A stretch of DNA of 64,000 nt from Macrostomum lignano (lineage: Eukaryota). The position numbers and the translations under genes are program-made. Positions 21,672 through 35,040 of this stretch are shown piece by piece; within the stretch, counting starts at the first letter, position 1, and each line of letters begins with the position of its first letter. The stretch covers positions 157,293 to 221,292 of the forward strand of contig NIVC01001924.1 in NCBI GenBank assembly GCA_002269645.1, read 5' to 3'. Below the pieces are notes generated by a model. It did no database searches. It saw only the letters and a program-made list of their open reading frames with translations, and was not told the DNA's origin.

Positions 21672-21825
21672 TTTATTAAATTTCCTACTCTGGGTCACTT
21701 GGACTATGGACTGACTGATTGCGCGCTTAGTTGCCAGAGCCAGGATTACAGTATTTCACTGCCGGCGTTCGTTTCCTGATTTTTGTGCTTCTCTGTGGTA
21801 GATTTGCTCACGTTTGACCTTTACG

Positions 21826-21878
<53 letters not shown>
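21826..21878. repeat. (GTCT)n microsatellite
   Basis: Direct reading. Confidence 0.95.
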
Positions 21879-22579
21879 TAGTATCTGTCTGCCTGTCCGA
21901 ATTAGTGTCTGTCTGTCCATTCTATCTTCTTATCTTTGCCAATGCTGTTGTTGCTGAAATAGCGTAATTTTTTACGAATCCGTTTGCAATTCGAGGTTAG
22001 ATTGGGTGCCTGTAGACTCAGCGATTTAAATTCTCAGACTCAGTTGATTTATATTTTTGGTGCCAGTTGTGCAACCAGCTTGACTCCCATTTCAAACTTA
22101 TCAGTGTTCAGCCACCCCTATTCCTTCCATCATTTTGAACTTAGTCGATAAATTTCTATATACTACTGACATTCATACAGTAGTAGGTGTGTGTCTTAGT
22201 AAATTGCTTATGATTAGTTTTCGTTATTAGTCTTATTAAGAGCTAGAATAGATTTGTTGCCATACTGCATGATACGATATTTTCCAATGCTACTACTGAC
22301 TTACAAGTACTGTATCAGCGATGTTTTAGTCATAATTGTCGTTTAGTAATATTTTTAATGCTAATAGTATCTCACAGTAAGCTGTGGCCATTATTATGCT
22401 AATGGAAGGTTTGTATAATATCTATAACAGTAGTAAAAATAGTTATAATACTAAATATTACTTGAGAGCGAAATGAAAATAAAATCTTTTTGATTTTTGC
22501 TGCTGCCAATTAAGTTACTCATAAATATTCCATTCTGAAAAAAGTGGTTTTAATTTCTTTTTTAACTATTTTAGGGAGA

Positions 22580-23860
22580 CAGCTCACTCTTTCCTCAAAC
22601 TGCTCACTCTTTTTCCTCAGACTGCTCACTCTCTTTCCTCAGACTGCTCACTTTCTTTCCTCAGACTGCTCACTCTCTTTCCTCAGACTGCTCACTTTCT
22701 TTCCTCAGACTGCTCACTCTCTTTCCTCAGACTGCTCACTCTCTTTCCTCAGACTGCTCACTTTCTTTCCTCAGACTGCTCACTCTTTTTCCTCAGACTG
22801 CTTACTCTCTTTCCTCAGACTGCTCACTTTCTTTCCTCAGACTGCTCACTTTCTTTCCTCAGACTGCTCACTCTCTTTCCTCAGACTGCTCACTCTTTTT
22901 CCTCAGACTGCTCATTCTCTTTCCTCAGACTGCTCATTCTCTTTCCTCAGACTGCTCACTCTCTTTCTTCAGAGTGCTCACTCTTTTTCCTCAGACTGCT
23001 CACTCTCTCCTCAGACTGCTCACTCACTTTCCTCAGACTGCTCACTCTCTTTCCTCAGACTGCTCACTTTCTTTCCTCAGACTGCTCACTTTCTTTCCTC
23101 AGACTGCTCACTCTCTTTCCTCAGACTGCTCACTCTTTTTCCTCAGACTGCTCATTCTCTTTCCTCAGACTGCTCATTCTCTTTCCTCAGACTGCTCACT
23201 CTCTTTCTTCAGAGTGCTCACTCTTTTTCCTCAGACTGCTCACTCTCTCCTCAGACTGCTCACTCACTTTTCTCAGACTGCTCACTCTTTTTCCTCAGAC
23301 TGCTCACTCTCTTTCCTCAGACTGCTCACTCTCTTTCCTCAGACTGCTCACTCTTTTTCCTCAGACTGCTCACTCTCTTCCTTCAGAGTGCTCACTCTAT
23401 TTTTCTCAGTCTGCTCACTCTCTCCTCAGACTGCTCACTCTCTTTCCTCAGACTGCTCACTCTCTTTCCTCAGACTGCTCACTCTCTTTCCTCAGACTGC
23501 TCACTCTCTTCCTTCAGAGTGCTCACTCTATTTTTCTCAGTCTGCTCACTCTATTTTTCTCAGTCTGCTCACTCTCTCCTCAGACTGCTCACTCTCTTTT
23601 CTCAGACTACTCATTGTCTTTCCTCAGACTGCTCACTCTCTTTCCTCAGACTGCTCACTCTCTTTCCTCAGACTGCTCACTCTCTTTCCTCAGACTGCTC
23701 ACTCTCTTTCCTCAGACTGCTCACTCTCTTTCCTCAGACTGCTCACTCTCTTCCTTCAGAGTGCTCACTCTATTTTTCTCAGTCTGCTCACTCTCTTTTC
23801 TCAGACTACTCATTGTCTTTCCTCAGACTGCTCACTCTCTTCTCAGACTGCTCACTCTCA
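22580..23860. repeat. 22-bp minisatellite CCTCAGACTGCTCACTCTCTTT
   Basis: Period 22 (copies at 23644 and 23666). Confidence 0.97.
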
Positions 23861-24994
23861 AGAGGAGTGCTCAATGAATTTTCTGTAGAGTGCTCAGTCT
23901 TTTTTCTGCAGAGTGCTTACTCCCGTTTTAGGAGTGCTCACTTCTATCCAGCGCTCACTTTATCACAAACCTCTATTTTTCTATCCTCATCTTTGAGCAC
24001 AGGAAACTTTAACGCAATTCTCATTAATAATTTATAGTTCTTCAAGTTTATTGCGATCTCAAGACCACAGTAGACTTTCACGAGTTCACAGTTATTTTGA
24101 TGTAGATGGCTCATTAATTATTAATTTTATACGGCAATTAGAGCTTCGGGGTAATCTACGTTGATTTTAAGGGTTTCCACCTTTTTCAATGTAATTCTTG
24201 ATGTCGTGGTAGGTCGCCTGTAATTAATGTTATTTTTTATTATAGGCCGCACACACAACTTCAGCAAGGTAATTTGTATTCCAGCATTGTCTCTAGCTAC
24301 TTGTCTGCATGTAGGTGAGCCTGCATCTGCAGTGTGTTTCAATTGTTCTGCCAGTTGTGTCCAAGAGCGCGCATGCGTGTGTGTGGTCTGGCAATCTTAC
24401 TACACAATTAATGAGTGCCCCGCAGTGCAGATTGGCAACTGCTTGAGAACACGGCTTGTAGGGGGATCGTCACTTCTAATAAATAATTCACTTTCGCTGC
24501 GATGGTAGAATTGCGAAACACAGCATGGAGGCTGCTGTATGACACAACGGGCGGGCAATGAATGTCTGTCTGTCTGTTTCAGCGCATGGAATTGATGAGC
24601 GATCGGGTCATCTCATCATTGGCTGTGCGCTCTCATTAATCATTTAACACTCACTCGGTGGCTGCGGGGGGGTCGTCCCTTGATCTTGTCACCGGTATAT
24701 AAGACTTAATTCTTTCTGAGCCAAGTTTACTGTTTCGATCAGAGCCACTCTGAAGTATAAGAACTTGAATGAGCCCATTGTCGCAACTGCGGGGTGAGTA
24801 ACTATTGAATGTTTCAATAATGTCTTTTCTATCATAGTCATTCGAGAAAGAAAGATATTGGCGCTCCTTAGTCTAGCTGTTTTGTGTTCGATTATAAATG
24901 ATGAAACGGAATCACTTGGTTGTGTAGGCAGCCGTTGATTTCTAAATGGTTCGTTTGTGGGGCTTTTAGAAAGAGGGGATTTGGCACACAGGGC

Positions 24995-26800
24995 CTTTAG
25001 CACCGGGGATTTAGCATCAGAGGATTTAGCATCAGGGGATTTAGCATCAGGGGATTTAGCATCAGAGGATTTAGCATCAGAGGATTTAGCATCAGAGGAT
25101 TTAGCACCAGAGGATTTAGCATCAGGGGATTTAGCACCAGAGGATTTAGCATCAGAGGATTTAGCATCAGAGGATTTAGCATCAGAGGATTTAGCATCAG
25201 GGGATTTAGCATCAGGGGATTTAGCATCAGGGGATTTAGCACCAGCGGATTTAGCATAGGGGATTTAGCATCAGAGGATTTAGGATTAGGGGATTTAGCA
25301 CCAGGGGATTTAGCACAGGGGATTTAGCACCAGAGGATTTAGCACAAGGGATTTATCATCAGGGGATTTAGCACCAGAGGATTTAGCATCAGAGGATTTA
25401 GCATCAGAGGATTTAGCATCAGAGGATTTAGCATCAGAGGATTTATCATCAGGGGATTTAGCATCAGAGGATTTAGCATCAGGGGATTTAGCATCAGGGG
25501 ATTTAGCACCAGGGGATTTAGCATCAGGGGATTTAGCACCAGAGGATTTAGCATAGGGGATTTAGCATCAGAGGATTTAGCACCAGAGGATTTAGCATCA
25601 GGGGATTTAGCACCAGAGGATTTAGCATCAGAGGATTTAGCATCAGAGGATTTAGCATAGGGGATTTAGCACCAGGGGATTTAGCATCAGGGGATTTAGC
25701 ACCAGAGGATTTAGCATCAGAGGATTTAGCATCAGAGGATTTAGCATCAGAGGATTTAGCATCAGGGGATTTAGCATCAGGGGATTTAGCACCAGAGGAT
25801 TTAGCATCAGGGGATTTAGCATCAGGGGATTTAGCATCAGAGGATTTAGCATAGGGGATTTAGCACCAGGGGATTTAGCATCAGGGGATTTAGCATCAGA
25901 GGATTTAGCACCAGGGGATTTAGCATCAGGGGATTTAGCACCAGAGGATTTAGCATAGGGGATTTAGCATCAGAGGATTTAGGATTAGGGGATTTAGCAC
26001 AGGGGATTTAGCACCAGAGGATTTAGCACAGGGGATTTAGCATCAGAGGATTTAGCACCAGGGGATTTAGCACAGGGGATTTAGCATCAGAGGATTTAGC
26101 ACCAGGGGATTTAGCACAGGGGATTTAGCACCAAAGGATTTAGCACCAAAGGATTTAGCATCAGGGAATTTAGCATCAGGGGATTTAGCACAGGGGATTT
26201 AGCACCAAAGGATTTAGCACAGGGGATTTAGCACAGGGGATTTAGCATCAGAGGATTTAGCACCAGGGGATTTTGCACAGGGGATTTAGCATCAGAGGAT
26301 TTAGCACCAGGGGATTTAGCACAGGGATTTAGCACCAAAGGATTTAGCACCAAAGGATTTAGCATCAGGGAATTTAGCATCAGGGGATTTAGCACAGGGG
26401 ATTTAGCACCAAAGGATTTAGCACAGGGGATTTAGCACCAAAGGATTTAGCATCAGGGGATTTACCACCAGGGGATTTAGAATCAGGGGCTTTAGCACCA
26501 GGGGATTTAGCACCAGGGGATTTAGCACAGGGGATTTAGCACCAAAGGATTTAGCATCAGGGGATTTACCACCAGGGGATTTAGAATCAGGGGCTTTAGC
26601 ACCAGGGGATTTAGCACCAAAGGATTTAGCACAGGGGATTTAGCACCAAAGGATTTAGCATCAGGGGATTTACCACCAGGGGATTTAGAATCAGGGGCTT
26701 TAGCACAGGGGATTTAGCACCAAAGGATTTAGCACACAGGGCTTTTAGCACCAGTGGCTTTAGCACAGGGGATTTAGCACCAGGGGCTTTAGCACCAGGG
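24995..26800. repeat. 15-bp (variant 14-bp) minisatellite GGATTTAGCA(T/C)CAG(A/G), about 1.8 kb
   Basis: Direct reading. Confidence 0.97.
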
Positions 26801-27632
26801 AAGCAGGATCGAAGACAGGAATTTAGGAGGAAGTTTTTATAAAAGTTTATTATACAGCTGTCTTTGACCAAGTGATTCTCAAAGATTGAACGCAGAACGA
26901 CCCGAATAGAGTTGAGAACAGTGTTACACATCATGATATGCTATTGTGTATTTTACAGTGGGGGCTCTTCCTGATTGGTTACGGGTTAGTAATAAAATCG
27001 ATTCTGAATCACAATTCAATTCACGCAATTACCTAGCTAATGTAAATGCTCATGTTCGTTACATGCAATTATTACTAAAACAAAATGTGCAGCTCATGCT
27101 TTACTTTGCCATATTGACAAAATGACAAATTCAGATCAATCACTGGCCATTGTCTGCCCCATACATTACAATTTGGATTTGTTCAATAAATTAAAACTAT
27201 AACTGTTTCATATTAATGACTGACTGATTTGTTCACTACACTGTTACTAAATGTAGCACTTGCTCTCATGGATGAAGGAAGTGAATCTAAAACACCCAGC
27301 AGGGGCGCCAGCTCCATCGAATACATGGTTTTAAAATAGGTGTCAAGTCAAATACTCTGTCTATTAAGACAAACAATTAGACATCAATTGTACATCCTTC
27401 ATCCATGATGCCTTTTGCTATTACTTGCCTGCAAACATTATTTTTTTGCAACGTAATCATAATTACAAAAATGACGAGTTTTACTGTACCCATTAAACCT
27501 GCAGCTTCAATTTCACTATAAAATTCGAATCAATTTACGATGAATCCGCGCTCACACACTAACAGCCGCCACAATATCACCGCCACACAGAATCCTAGCA
27601 ATTCAACTAAAAAGCATAATTGAATGAGAGAC

Positions 27633-30600
27633 ATGGTGTCACCCGGTGCACTAAACAGCGAGACCAGCATGGCGCTTAGCCAGAGCATGGATAGCGTCAA
27701 TGCCTGTGTGGACGACGAGGTGAGACGGATTGAGAGTCAAAAAATTCATTTAATCACGAGCTTACATGTACTCGACAGTCTTCTTTAATTTGTTGAATTT
27801 CGATCTAATTTAAATCCGCGCCAAAAAGTTTATCAAACGAAAAAGTAGAAACATTAAAATTCTGTCTTGAAGTTGAATCGATAAGTTGTTTTAATTGTTT
27901 TTAAACTTTGAGTTTTCATAACGCAAATAGTTGTGGCGCTAATTTCAGTTTGATTCAAATTAACAAACAATTGTACCGATAATAACTATATTTAGGGAAG
28001 ACTGTCGCGTATTCGTACATTATTTTTCTCACCGTTTCTCTGTCAAAAATTTACAAATTACTAACAAGAAATTCAAATTTACAAGTAATTACTAAATTAG
28101 TAATTGTCTTAATAATATAGTTGCTGCTTTGTTCTATTCCTCAGGATGAATGCTTGGTAAAAATGCGAATGTTATATAGGCATATTGTTGGGCGGATTTC
28201 TAAAATTAATTTGAAGACTCAATATTAAACAAATCCAATATAATAATTTTTTGAAAATTTTGGTTTAAAATTTGAATAACTTTAAATGTTAGTGTTGAAC
28301 ATCGATTCTTGGAAATGCATTTCTAGAAAGGAGTTCAATAAACCACACTCATAGCAGACGCAACTATATAAATTAGACAGTTCTTGATCACGATCACTTG
28401 GTTTATTAAATTACATTTAGGTTAAGCTAAGTAAGTTAGGTTTTATGAGTCTGTAAATTTGTTTGTAAATTGTTGCTTTTTAAATTAGATTTTTCCTTGC
28501 AGATTTAAACTACGATTATGAATCTCTGAAACCGGTCATCCTACTTTTAAGTAGCATTGGCAGAACACTTCTTGCTTCTAGCAAAGTTAATTCATTAAAA
28601 CAGAAATTGGTAAATTTCTATAATTGTTGCTTTTAAATATCAGGTGCGAACCCTGTTCGTCAGCGGGCTGCCAATGGACACGAAGCCTCGAGAGCTGTAC
28701 CTGTTGTTTCGAGCTTTCAAGGTGAGTCACCGAATTTCAAATATTATACATTATACGGTTCCAATGCAAAATTTCTCTAAAAATCTATCCATAAAATTTC
28801 AGGGCTTTGAAAATGCTCAGTTGAAAAGTTTTGCTCAAAAATTGGGCAAACTCATGTGTGTGAGTAATCTGTGCATGGGATGCATATGTATGTACATTTC
28901 ATGTAGCTTTTTGTTATAGTTTTGTAAAATAATCATTCAATTTTTTCCAGCCAGTCGGTTTTGTCACTTTCAAGAGTCGGGTGGACGCTGAGGTTGCAAA
29001 ACAGGAATTGCAGGTAACTGAAATTGTGTATCAGTTTGTGTCAGCTAGGTGGTACCAATTTGTGTCAGTTGGTGCCAATTTGTGTCAGTTGGTGCCAATT
29101 TGTGTCAGTTGGTGCCAATTTGTGTCAGTTAATGCCAATTTGTGTCAGTTGGTGCCAATTTGTGTCAGTTGGTGCCAATTTGTGTCAGTTGGTGCCAATT
29201 TGTGTCAGTTGGTGCAAATTTGTGTCAGTTGGTGCCAATTTGTGTCAGTTGGTGCCAATTTGTGTCAGTTGGTGCCAATTTGTGTCAGTTGGGGCCAATT
29301 TGTGTCAGTTGGTGCCAATTTGTGTCAGTTGGTGCCAATTTGTGTCAGTTGGTGCCAATTTGTGTCAGTTAGGGCCAATTTGTGTCAGTTGGTGCCAATT
29401 TGTGTCAGTTGGTGCCAATTTGTGTCAGTTGGTGCCAATTTGTGTCAGTTGGTGCCAATTTGTGTCAGTTGGGGCCAATTTGTGTCAGTTAATGCCAATT
29501 TGTGTCAGTTGGTGCCAATTTGTGTCAGTTGGTGCCAATTTGTGTCAGTTAATGCCAATTTGTGTCAGTTGGTGCCAATTTGTGTCAGTTGGTACCAATT
29601 TGTGTCAGTTGGTGCCAATTTGTGTCAGTTGGTGCCAATTTGTGTCAGTTGGTGCCACCAATTTGTGTCAGTTGGTGCCAATTTGTGTCAGTTGGTGCCA
29701 ATTTGTGTCAGTTGGTGCCAATTTGTGTCAGTTAATGCCAATTTGTGTCAGTTAATGCCAATTTGTGTCAGTTAATGCCAATTTGTGTCAGTTAATGCCA
29801 ATTGTGTCAGTTGGTGCCAATTTGTGTCAGTTGGTGCCAATTTGTGTCAGTTGGTGCCAATTTGTGTCAGTTAATGCCAATTTGTGTCAGTTGGTGCCAA
29901 TTTGTGTCAGTTGGTGCCAATTTGTGTCAGTTGGTGCCAATTTGTGTCAGTTAATGCCAATTTGTGTCAGTTGGTGCCAATTTGTGTCAGTTAATGCCAA
30001 TTGTGTCAGTTGGTGCCAATGTGTGTCAGTTGGTGCCAATTTGTGTCAGTTAATGCCAATTTGTGTCAGTTAATGCCAATTTGTGTCAGTTAATGCCAAT
30101 TGTGTCAGTTGGTGCCAATTTGTGTCAGTTGGTGCCAATTTGTGTCAGTTGGTGCCAATTTGTGTCAGTTAATGCCAATTTGTGTCAGTTGGTGCCAATT
30201 TGTGTCAGTTGGTGCCAATTTGTGTCAGTTGGTGCCAATTTGTGTCAGTTAATGCCAATTTGTGTCAGTTGGTGCCAATTTGTGTCAGTTGGTGCCAATT
30301 TGTGAAAAATTTGAGAAGGATTTTAGAAACTGGCTAGCTTATCATCAAACTTTGGGAAAGTTTAATGTAATGCCTTTTCATCTCCATATGCATTGCAGTT
30401 TTGACTATTTAAATTTATAGTTAATTTTCATCTCCCGAGCAATAAAACAAAATTTAATTCTTCGGCCTTCAAAATTCTATCAGGGCGTAAAATTTGATAT
30501 GGAGCTGCCGCAGACTCTGCGCCTGGAGTTCGCCAAGACCAACAACAAAGTGGCCAAGCCGAAGCTGGGCCAAGGAGTCGGCGGTCACCACCAGGCTATG

Positions 30601-32442
30601 CTGCCCATGTCTGGCCGTAAGTTTTGATACGGTTGAACATATTTGAACATATTTGAAACATATATAATTAGACTTCAGCCTGTGATATAAATTTCAGCTT
30701 TAAAAAACAATTTACGCAACATATCGGCTATTAAATTTTTTAACTAAAAATCCTACTTTCTACTAATAAGTAGGCCAAGCCGAATGAGAATGAAGAAGCA
30801 TTTACTCAGTGGTCAAAGTTCGCTTTGTTAAAATACGACTTACACTAAATATCGTCGCAGCTGATCAATTTTTCTCTCTAATTATTCTTTTTAAAAATCT
30901 TGCTTTCTACTCGTTCAAACAAGTAGGCTAATGCAGACACGAACGTAAAAAACTGTAATTTTTAACCCACAGACGAGCTGGCTGCCATCATGCCGGGCTC
31001 TGAGGCCTGGCCGGGATATCCGGCCTTTTCCTACGCGGATTTGGCCGCCGCTGCTGCGGCCGCCGGCCCAGCGGCAATCTTTCCGTCGGCGCCGCTGCCC
31101 CCGATGTCGCAGATGCCCATGAGAGCTGTGAGAACAGATTCTCTGTTTTATGGAGGAAAAAATTCTCCGCTTCGATTTTGATAATTAAAATTTTCTGTGA
31201 CCTCCCCTTGCAGTAAATGTAGCTTTCGTTGAAAGGGGGTCAGTGACCACACCATCGCCTCTGTAGCTTTCCTAGATAAGGGAACATAAATGTAGCTTTT
31301 AGCTTTATTACAAAAGGGGTCAGTATGACCACTCTCTACCGAAGGTACCTTTTCTAGAAACGAGGTCAATTGACCACCCCTCTCAGCAGCTGTCATAGAA
31401 TGAGGTCAATTGACCACCCCTCTCAGCAGCTGTCATAGAATGAGGTCAAGTGACCACCCCTCTCAGCAGCGGTCATAGAATGAGGTCAATTGACCACCCC
31501 TCTCAGCAGCTGTCATAGAATGAGGTCAATTGACCACCCCTCTCAGCAGCTGTCGTAGAATGAGGTCAAGTGACCACCCCTCTCAGCAGCGGTCATAGAA
31601 TGAGGTCAAGTGACCACCCCTCTCAGCAGCGGTCATAGAATGAGGTCAAGTGACCACCCCTCTCAGCAGCTGTCATGGAATGAGATCAAGTGACCACCCC
31701 TCTCAGCAGCTGTCATAGAATGGGGTCAAGTGACCACCCCTCATAGTAGCTGTCATAGAATGAGGTCAAGTGACCACCCCTCATAGTAGCTGTCATAGAA
31801 TGAGGTCAAGTGACCACCCCTCATAGCAGCTGTCATAGAATGAGGTCAAGTGACCACCCCTCATAGCAGCTGTCATAGAATGAGGTCAAGTGACCACCCC
31901 TCATAGTAGCTGTCATAGAATGGGGTCAAGTGACCACCCCTCATAGTAGCTGTCATAGAATGGGGTCAAGTGACCACCCCTAGCATTAGCTTTTATAAAA
32001 ATGTCAGTTACTTCGCCAATAATTTTTTCAAAACATTTTGACATAGAGAGGGGTCATTGACCCCCATGCGAAAGCAACCCTCTAGCTCCAGCCCCGCAAC
32101 CCCGCCCTCATGCCAGCAGGCATTCATGCCGGCCATGCTGGGTTCGGCGCAGCACGGTGGCAACCAGTTTGCTGCAGCAGCCGCCGCCGCTGCCGCCGCA
32201 GCCGCCGCAGCTGCCGCTTCATCAGCTGGCGGCGGCGCTGGCGGCGGCCACGGAGGTCACGTGAGCGGCGGCGCAGGGGGCGGAGGTGGCGTCAGCGGTG
32301 CTGGTGGCGGCTTTCACACGCCGGTGTCGGCCGCCGCCGTAGCCGCCGCCGCCGCTGCACAGGGGATGCAACCGCAGGCTCTGTTCTTCACCAACCTGGG
32401 ACAGCTGTGCTCCGAGCAGGAGCTCAAGGAGCTGTTTGCCAG
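27633..32442 (+). CDS. cpo: Couch potato/MEC-8/RBPMS-family RRM protein, 3'-partial; exons 27633-27719, 28644-28721, 28803-28859, 28951-29013, 30484-30616, 30973-31127, about 32117-32442
   Basis: [39 protein letters not shown]...[48 protein letters not shown] is the cpo/RBPMS RRM. The last visible exon ends [20 protein letters not shown]|GT, the start of a second RRM. The exon 7 acceptor is uncertain. Confidence 0.88.
29030..30303. repeat. 20-bp minisatellite TGTGTCAGTTGGTGCCAATT
   Basis: Starts about 15 nt after the exon-4 donor. Confidence 0.97.
31372..31980. repeat. 40-bp minisatellite TGAGGTCAA(G/T)TGACCACCCCTC(T/A)(C/T)AG(C/T)AGCTGTCATAGAA
   Basis: Period 40 read at 31441/31481. Confidence 0.95.
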
Positions 32443-32467
32443 GTGACCCTCCCGTTCTGTGCCAGCG

Positions 32468-33222
32468 GCTCCCCGATGCTTCAGTGGGCGCCTCCCCCTT
32501 CCCGATGCTTCAGTGGGCGCCTCCTCCTCCCCGATGCTTCAGTGGCCGCCTCCCCCCCCCCCCCGATGCTTCAGTGGGCACCTCCTCCTCCGCGATGCTT
32601 CAGTGGGCGCCTCCTCCTCCCCGATGCTTCAGTGGGCGCCTCCCCCCCCCCGATGCTTCAGTGGCCGCCTCCCCCCCCCCCGATGCTTCAGTGGGCACCT
32701 CCTCCTCCGCGATGCTTCAGTGGGCGCCTCCTCCTCCCCGATGCTTCAGTGGGCGCCTCCCCCCCCCCCGATGCTTCAGTGGGCGCCTCCTCCGCGATGC
32801 TTCAGTGGCCGCCTCCTCCCCCCCCGATGCTTCAGTGGGCACCTCCTCCTCCGCGATGCTTCAGTGGCACCTCCTCCTCCGCGATGCTTCAGTGGGCGCC
32901 TCCTCCTCCCCGATGCTTCAGTGGGCGCCTCCCCCCCCCCCCCGATGCTTCAGTGGGCACCTCCTCCTCCGCGATGCTTCAATGGGCGCCTCCTCCTCCC
33001 CGATGCTTCAGTGGCGCCTCCTCCTCCCCGATGCTTCAGTGGCGCCTCCTCCTCCCCGATGCTTCAGTGGCGCCTCCTCCTCCCCGATGCTTCAGTGGGC
33101 GCCTCCTCCTCCCCGATGCTTCAGTGGCGCCTCCTCCTCCCCGATGCTTCAGTGGGCGCCTTCCCCTTCCCGATGCTTCAGTGGGCGCCTCCCCCTCCCC
33201 GATGCCTCAGTGGGCGCCTCCT
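32468..33222. repeat. About 26-31-bp minisatellite CCGATGCTTCAGTGGGCGCCTCCTCCTC (family shared with 40135-42712)
   Basis: Direct reading; starts about 25 nt after the cpo exon-7 donor. Confidence 0.95.
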
Positions 33223-33899
33223 CTCCAAACTGTAATGTCTTACATTCTTCCTCACGCTGTGCTCTTTTTCAGGGAGAAAGGATTGTGAAGATGACCTCGA
33301 ATGAACTCTCTCGAAACCCAGCAAGATATACTTCACAATAACATGCATCCGCAGTCTGCTGCATTCTAAGTTATGAGACATGAAAATTCCTATCATTTTA
33401 AAACGCGGTGTATACAATAATTTTTGTGATAACCAACAAACACGTAAGCTAAAACTGATACATAAAGAAAGTGACATTACATGCAAGATGTAAGTTCCTG
33501 TGCAATCGTTATTTGAGATTTAAAATTACAAAGTAGATGATTTTGTTTCCAAATCATTTCAATTATCATTTTTCCTCTGCATACTTATGCTTGATAAAAT
33601 TTATATAGTTCAGAATATATACCCTTAAATGTACATGTAAATTTGTCTTTTTTGCGATTTAACAGTTTACTCTTAACAATATTCAAGAAATTCAAATATT
33701 CTATGTAATATCCGTTGCTGCTTTAATTTGAATTTTGCTAAGCTGCTAAGCAAATGCTTTGCCAATTCTTAATGCCATATCGCCTCTTTGTAATAATAGT
33801 TATGCTTACAATATTTTAACATTTATGTAATATGGATAAAATGTTTGTCACCGCCTTCATGCAAAATATTCATTTTTACTGCAGTTAATATCCGCCGCT

Positions 33900-34419
33900 G
33901 ACTCAGCCTTTCCTTTCTCAGCATCTCCGCCCACTACTTCATCATCTCCGCTCACTACCTCAGCATCTCCGCCCACTACTTCACCATCTCCGCCCACTAC
34001 CTCAGCATCTCCGCCCACTACCTCAGCATCTCCGCCCACTACCTCAGCATCTCCGCCCACTACCTCAGCATCTCCGCCCACTACTTCATCATCTCCGCCC
34101 ACTACCTCAGCATCTCCGCCCACTACCTCAGCATCTCCGCCCACTATCTCAGCATCTCCGCCCACTACCTCACCATCTCCGCCCACTACCTCAGCATCTC
34201 CGCCCACTATCTCAGCATCTCCGCCCACTACCTCAGCATCTCCGCCCACTACCTCAGCATCTCCGCCCACTACCTCAGCATCTCCGCCCACTATCTCAGC
34301 ATCTCCGCCCACTATCTCAGCATCTCCGCCCACTACCTCAGCATCTCCGCCCACTACCTCAGCATCTCCGCCCACTACCTCAGCATCTCCGCCCACTACC
34401 TCAGCATCTCCGCCCACTA
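33900..34419. repeat. 21-bp minisatellite TCAGCATCTCCGCCCACTACC (left part)
   Basis: Direct reading; resumes at 37498. Confidence 0.95.
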
Positions 34420-35040
34420 TACCTAGGCCTATCTACGTCAGCCGTCAGCTTAGGCTGATAAGATCATTGCAGCCTTACTATAAGACTAAGACGTATTCGA
34501 GTTAGACTTTGCATTTGCAGTTTCCAGGATCTAGAAAACAGTTCAACAACCATTCGATTACTCGTCACCTCCAAAGTCAATCTGTACATATTCAAAAAGT
34601 TAATAAAAACACATGGACATATTAAGTGCCATAATTTTTAGTTGCACCCAAAGCTGACGTATACTTTTCTATCGACTATCACCAAGACTTTTATACATTT
34701 TACAGGCCTCGAGAGTTGTTGATTCGCATTTACTGCTTTTTTGCACTGACTGACCGCTTAAAATGTAATAAATTACTAATTACAACTGAGGCACAGGCAA
34801 AGCATATACCTGCCAACTACATGTATACATCATGGACAACTGAACAATGCTGATGTTGACCATGATGTAACATGCACATGTAAGTGTTTTTTAACTGTTC
34901 ATGTCCAAGTCATGAACAGAGATAGCAGACAACTGTAAAAAAGGGACACTGACTCTCGCGTCACCACCCTTATATAGGGATTATATTCCGTGAGGTCACA
35001 TTACAGAATAATTTGTGACTTGTGCACAAAACATGGCCGG

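Noticed and set aside
24090-24950. Possible decayed retroelement or GIY-YIG coding remnant next to the 15-bp array
   Set aside because: Cys/His-rich fragments in several frames but no motif I can assign; needs a translated HMM search.
31372-31980. CRISPR-like appearance of 29-40-bp repeats (also 43455-44150 and 47980-48760)
   Set aside because: Units are head-to-tail with no unique spacers, there are no cas genes, and the context is eukaryotic.
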